Assembly (NCBI GenBank): GCA_043822705.1
Contig: JBDRBK010000078.1
Span: forward strand, 1 to 18,428
Length of the DNA: 18,428 nucleotides
DNA from: Fidelibacterota bacterium
Lineage (GTDB): Bacteria; Fidelibacterota; Marinisomatia; Marinisomatales; TCS56
Reading direction: 5' to 3'
The notes beneath the pieces are model-generated. The model was not told the origin of the DNA. It saw only the letters and a list, made by a program, of their open reading frames with translations, and ran no database searches. Position numbers and translations under genes: made by a program. Shown here in pieces: positions 15,928 through 18,428 of this stretch. Position 1 is the first letter of the stretch; each line of letters opens with the position of its first letter.

Positions 15928-16930
15928 TCGATATTTCTGTTCCCGTTGCGGGGGGAAAGTCCAACCACGAACCATTGATAATATTATCCGCCAATACTGT
16001 CCGGTCTGTCAGACGATATTTTATGACAACCCCCTGCCGGTGGTTTCGGCAGTCGTCGTCAATGAACAGCGGGAAATTCTGCTGGTGCTCCGCGACCGCG
16101 AACCGCAGGCCGGGCGGTGGTGCCTGCCGTCGGGTTTCGTTGAAATCAAGGAATCGATCGAGGCAGCCTGCCTGCGGGAATTAGCGGAGGAAGCTGGTAT
16201 TCGCGGATCGGTCATCCGGCTGCTGGATACGGTCTCACATCACGATGCCCAGTACGGCGATTTGATCTGGATTTCCTTCGAAGTGAAGTGGGATGAGGGA
16301 TCCGTGACTGCCGGTGACGATGCCCGGGATGCCCGGTTCGTGCCGCTGACGGCGCTGCCGGAATTGGCCTTCGAACCGAATCGGTTGGCGGTCCGGCGCT
16401 ACCTGGACCAGTACCGCGATTTATGGCGAATGCAGGATTCATTCCGCTACCTGCGGGGTGAACAGGGCCTGAACAGCGACCTGCCTTCGGATGCGTTGAT
16501 TAAAATTATCAGTCAGGATGCGCATATGATAACGGAAAACTGGGTGGCGGAAGTCTGCTCGCATCCGACGACAGTCCATTACACAACGCTGCCCCGTGAG
16601 AAAATCTATCGACGGGCGCACACCGTTATCGCCCAGTTCGGAGATTGGCTGCGGATGCCGCCCAATGAGACTAATCCGATTTGGGAGTACTATCGGGGAA
16701 TGGGCGGCGAGCGCCGATCGGAAGGCTTCCGTCTGGCGGAAGTGCTCAGTGCCGTCAGCCTGACACGCAAGCATATTTTCGCCCATGTACTGGCTCAGGG
16801 CGGCGTATGGGCGAAACCGCTGGATATGTATATTGCCATGGAATTCATGACACGGGTCAACCTGTTTTTCGACAAGGCGGTATATTATATCACCCGCGGC
16901 TATGAAAAAGCCGGCGAAAAATCGGAGTAA
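15917..16930 (+). CDS. Zinc-ribbon + NUDIX hydrolase fused to a C-terminal helical RsbRD_N-like domain
   Basis: FCSRCG...CPVC ribbon and YDNPLPVV. Perfect Nudix box GFVEIKESIEAACLRELAEEAGI, followed by AGDDA...LAF. C-terminal I.ENW..EV...Y..MG.ERR.EGF.L.EV..A.SL.RKHI. Overlaps the methyltransferase by 11 bp. Confidence 0.88.
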   Translation: MTLDRYFCSRCGGKVQPRTIDNIIRQYCPVCQTIFYDNPLPVVSAVVVNEQREILLVLRDREPQAGRWCLPSGFVEIKESIEAACLRELAEEAGIRGSVIRLLDTVSHHDAQYGDLIWISFEVKWDEGSVTAGDDARDARFVPLTALPELAFEPNRLAVRRYLDQYRDLWRMQDSFRYLRGEQGLNSDLPSDALIKIISQDAHMITENWVAEVCSHPTTVHYTTLPREKIYRRAHTVIAQFGDWLRMPPNETNPIWEYYRGMGGERRSEGFRLAEVLSAVSLTRKHIFAHVLAQGGVWAKPLDMYIAMEFMTRVNLFFDKAVYYITRGYEKAGEKSE

Positions 16931-16980
16931 GTCGGCGGGTATAGCTCAATTTTCGTGACCGGACGTGTGCCGGCGGCTGG

Positions 16981-17511
16981 CTAAATCCCGCGGTTGGTAA
17001 ACAGGGTAACGATAACGCTGGTGAATATTCCGATTATAAATGAACCGTAGGCCAGACGGATATAGCGATATTTCTTGCCGGCCAGGAAATAGCCCAGAGT
17101 ATAGATTTCCCTGGTCATGACTTCATACACTTTCCCGGGCTCGTTCAGAACATCTTCCATCGTGGCTTCGAAATCGGCAAAGCTCATTTTTACGAAATCG
17201 CCGAAGAACAGGAGATTAAACCGCGGACTGTTAATATCCACGGTCGGATCGTTTTTAATCATGATCGGTAATTTCGGCATGACCGCGTAGGTCGATAAAA
17301 TAATAGTCAGCAGACAAAAAACGATTAGAATCATGGCGCCGTATTTCAGCCCGGGGGTCATCATGTGCGGCACCGTCAGGGTGATGACAACTGATGATAT
17401 TGTCAACAGCATATTGGCTTTGGAGTCGGCCATGAAACTGAGCTGGACATGATGATTCCGGGTCTGTTTCATCATGTGGTCCAGATGTGATCCTGGTTGT
17501 CTTATTTCCAT
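16981..17511 (-). CDS. Pycsar effector family (PycTM/DUF5706-like) membrane protein
   Basis: QLSFMADSKANMLL, NLLFFGDF and EIYTLGYFLAGKKYRYIRLAYGSFIIG. Three hydrophobic segments. AGGA RBS. Confidence 0.85.
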   Translation of the reverse strand: MEIRQPGSHLDHMMKQTRNHHVQLSFMADSKANMLLTISSVVITLTVPHMMTPGLKYGAMILIVFCLLTIILSTYAVMPKLPIMIKNDPTVDINSPRFNLLFFGDFVKMSFADFEATMEDVLNEPGKVYEVMTREIYTLGYFLAGKKYRYIRLAYGSFIIGIFTSVIVTLFTNRGI

Positions 17512-17599
17512 AATTTTATCCTGTGGACCCGCAATAACGGGTACCGTTGGTATTAGTCATGTCGGTCTGGAAAAGAAAAATATTCAATGGTAAAAAGTA

Positions 17600-17631
17600 A
17601 ATCACCGGTGATTATAAATTCAACCGGTGAT
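17600..17631. promoter_or_regulatory. Palindromic operator-like site in a divergent intergenic region
   Basis: Perfect 14-bp palindrome AATCACCGGTGATT (17600-17613). A second ACCGGTGAT lies at 17623-17631. Confidence 0.4.
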
Positions 17632-17809
17632 AGCTGATCCCGAGATAAAATTTCCCGATCCGGTTTTTAGCGCAATTTATATTAATTTCCGGCCTGCCCG
17701 GGAACCGAAATTCCAGATCAAGCGACCGCAAATCCTGTGGCAGTGCACCGCAGCGGAACGCAGAACGTGTAACACCGAATTGGTTTTACTGTAACTACGA
17801 GAGTAAAAA

Positions 17810-18019
17810 ATGTCAGAATCTTGGGAATGTGAAATCTGCAATCAGGAGAATCCGGCCTTTGCCATGTTTTGCCAGGATAAAACCTGTCGGGCGGTGAAAG
17901 GCTCATGGCAGTGTAAATCATGTGGTTATCTGATAACCAAAGTAGAAGGTGTGCTGCTGCCTGATAAAATCGAGAATTGCCCGAACTGTGGACGCAGCAA
18001 CCCCGGTATTTTCCAATAA
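17810..18019 (+). CDS. Small double zinc-finger protein (RanBP2-like finger + zinc ribbon)
   Basis: WECEICNQENPAFAMFCQDKTC and WQCKSCG...CPNCG. Eight Cys in four pairs. Confidence 0.75.
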   Translation: MSESWECEICNQENPAFAMFCQDKTCRAVKGSWQCKSCGYLITKVEGVLLPDKIENCPNCGRSNPGIFQ

Positions 18020-18056
18020 AATCAATCACCATGGAATTATTCTGGAGCAGTACCGA

Positions 18057-18248
18057 ATGAAGCGCCTGTATCGTAATACCAAAAATGCAAAAATCGCCGG
18101 CGTCTGCGCGGGCATCGCTGATTATTTTGATATTGATCCGATTATCGTGCGACTGATTTTCATTATATCGATATTCTGGGGCGGCGGAATAATCGCCTAT
18201 TTAGTGGCCTGGTTTATCGTCCCCAATATTCGTGATTCCGAACAATAG
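18057..18248 (+). CDS. pspC: PspC domain-containing membrane protein
   Basis: MKRLYR......IAGVCAGIADYFDIDPIIVRL...AYLVAWFIVP. GGAG at 18044-18047. Confidence 0.92.
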   Translation: MKRLYRNTKNAKIAGVCAGIADYFDIDPIIVRLIFIISIFWGGGIIAYLVAWFIVPNIRDSEQ

Positions 18249-18253
18249 GCCGT

Positions 18254-18296
18254 AATAAAACACAACGCCCCGGATATCACTATCGCGGGGCGCTGT
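18254..18296 (-). terminator. Rho-independent terminator for thioredoxin (possibly bidirectional)
   Basis: Stem CGCCCCG-GATA (18266-18276)/TATC-G-CGGGGCG (18281-18292). GUUUUAUU follows on the minus strand. Lies between convergent genes. Confidence 0.75.
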
Positions 18297-18314
18297 TACC
18301 GTTGGGGGGAAGTA

Positions 18315-18428
18315 CTAATTCTTGACCGGTTCGGCAACCTTCAACACATCTTTGATGACATGTTTCAACTGGTCTTTCGGCAGGGCGCCGGTGGCCATTT
18401 GCGGTTTGTCGTCGCTGGGGATGAAGAG
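18315..18428 (-). CDS. trxA: Thioredoxin, 3' fragment (truncated by the window edge)
   Basis: Minus-strand translation LFIPSDDKPQMATGALPKDQLKHVIKDVLKVAEPVKN*. It resembles the LFIP..G.PQMA.GALPK C-terminus of Bacteroidota-type thioredoxins. The active site lies outside the window. Confidence 0.75.
   Translation of the reverse strand, partial: LFIPSDDKPQMATGALPKDQLKHVIKDVLKVAEPVKN

Noticed and set aside
16935..16991. GCGGGTATAGCTCAATT resembles a tRNA 5' end, with CCCGC at 16987-16991 as a partial acceptor partner
   Set aside because: Only ~57 nt, with no D-loop GG, anticodon arm or correctly placed T-loop, and it overlaps the effector stop codon. No integrase is nearby. Probably chance or an unprovable remnant.
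17949..18056. Extended PspC N-terminus from the ORF track
   Set aside because: It overlaps the Zn-finger gene. The PspC domain begins at MKRLYR (18057), which has its own GGAG.
1..18428. CRISPR arrays, IS elements, prophage genes, rRNA
   Set aside because: No regularly spaced repeats, transposase/integrase motifs or rRNA-like sequence were seen.

Overview
Gene-dense bacterial window, probably from an FCB-superphylum lineage outside the well-studied Bacteroidota (Marinimicrobia/KSB1/Calditrichota-like). This is an inference from the NFPNPFN..FlgD-Ig sorting domain and the Bacteroidota-style thioredoxin. 801-5550 is a compact atypical chaperone-usher pilus locus: two tandem DUF4402-like pilins, a terminator, a chaperone and an usher-like protein. 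5851-9154 holds a frameshifted DGxGGAIIVW-repeat secreted protein and an M6 metalloprotease with a C-terminal sorting domain. 9277-14904 holds a PlsC-type acyltransferase, a YghO/bCerS-like GNAT, a CC3/TIP30-like SDR, a cyclophilin lipoprotein, an NrfJ/OB-fold lipoprotein and a nitroreductase. A candidate ~90-nt sRNA with its own promoter and a CUUCCCCCA loop lies at ~10660-10783 (-). 15049-18428 holds a SAM methyltransferase coupled to a Zn-ribbon-NUDIX-RsbRD_N-like fusion, an orphan Pycsar-type membrane effector, a double zinc-finger microprotein, PspC and the 3' end of a thioredoxin. I found no tRNA, rRNA, CRISPR or transposase. All family calls come from motif recognition by eye, not from database searches.
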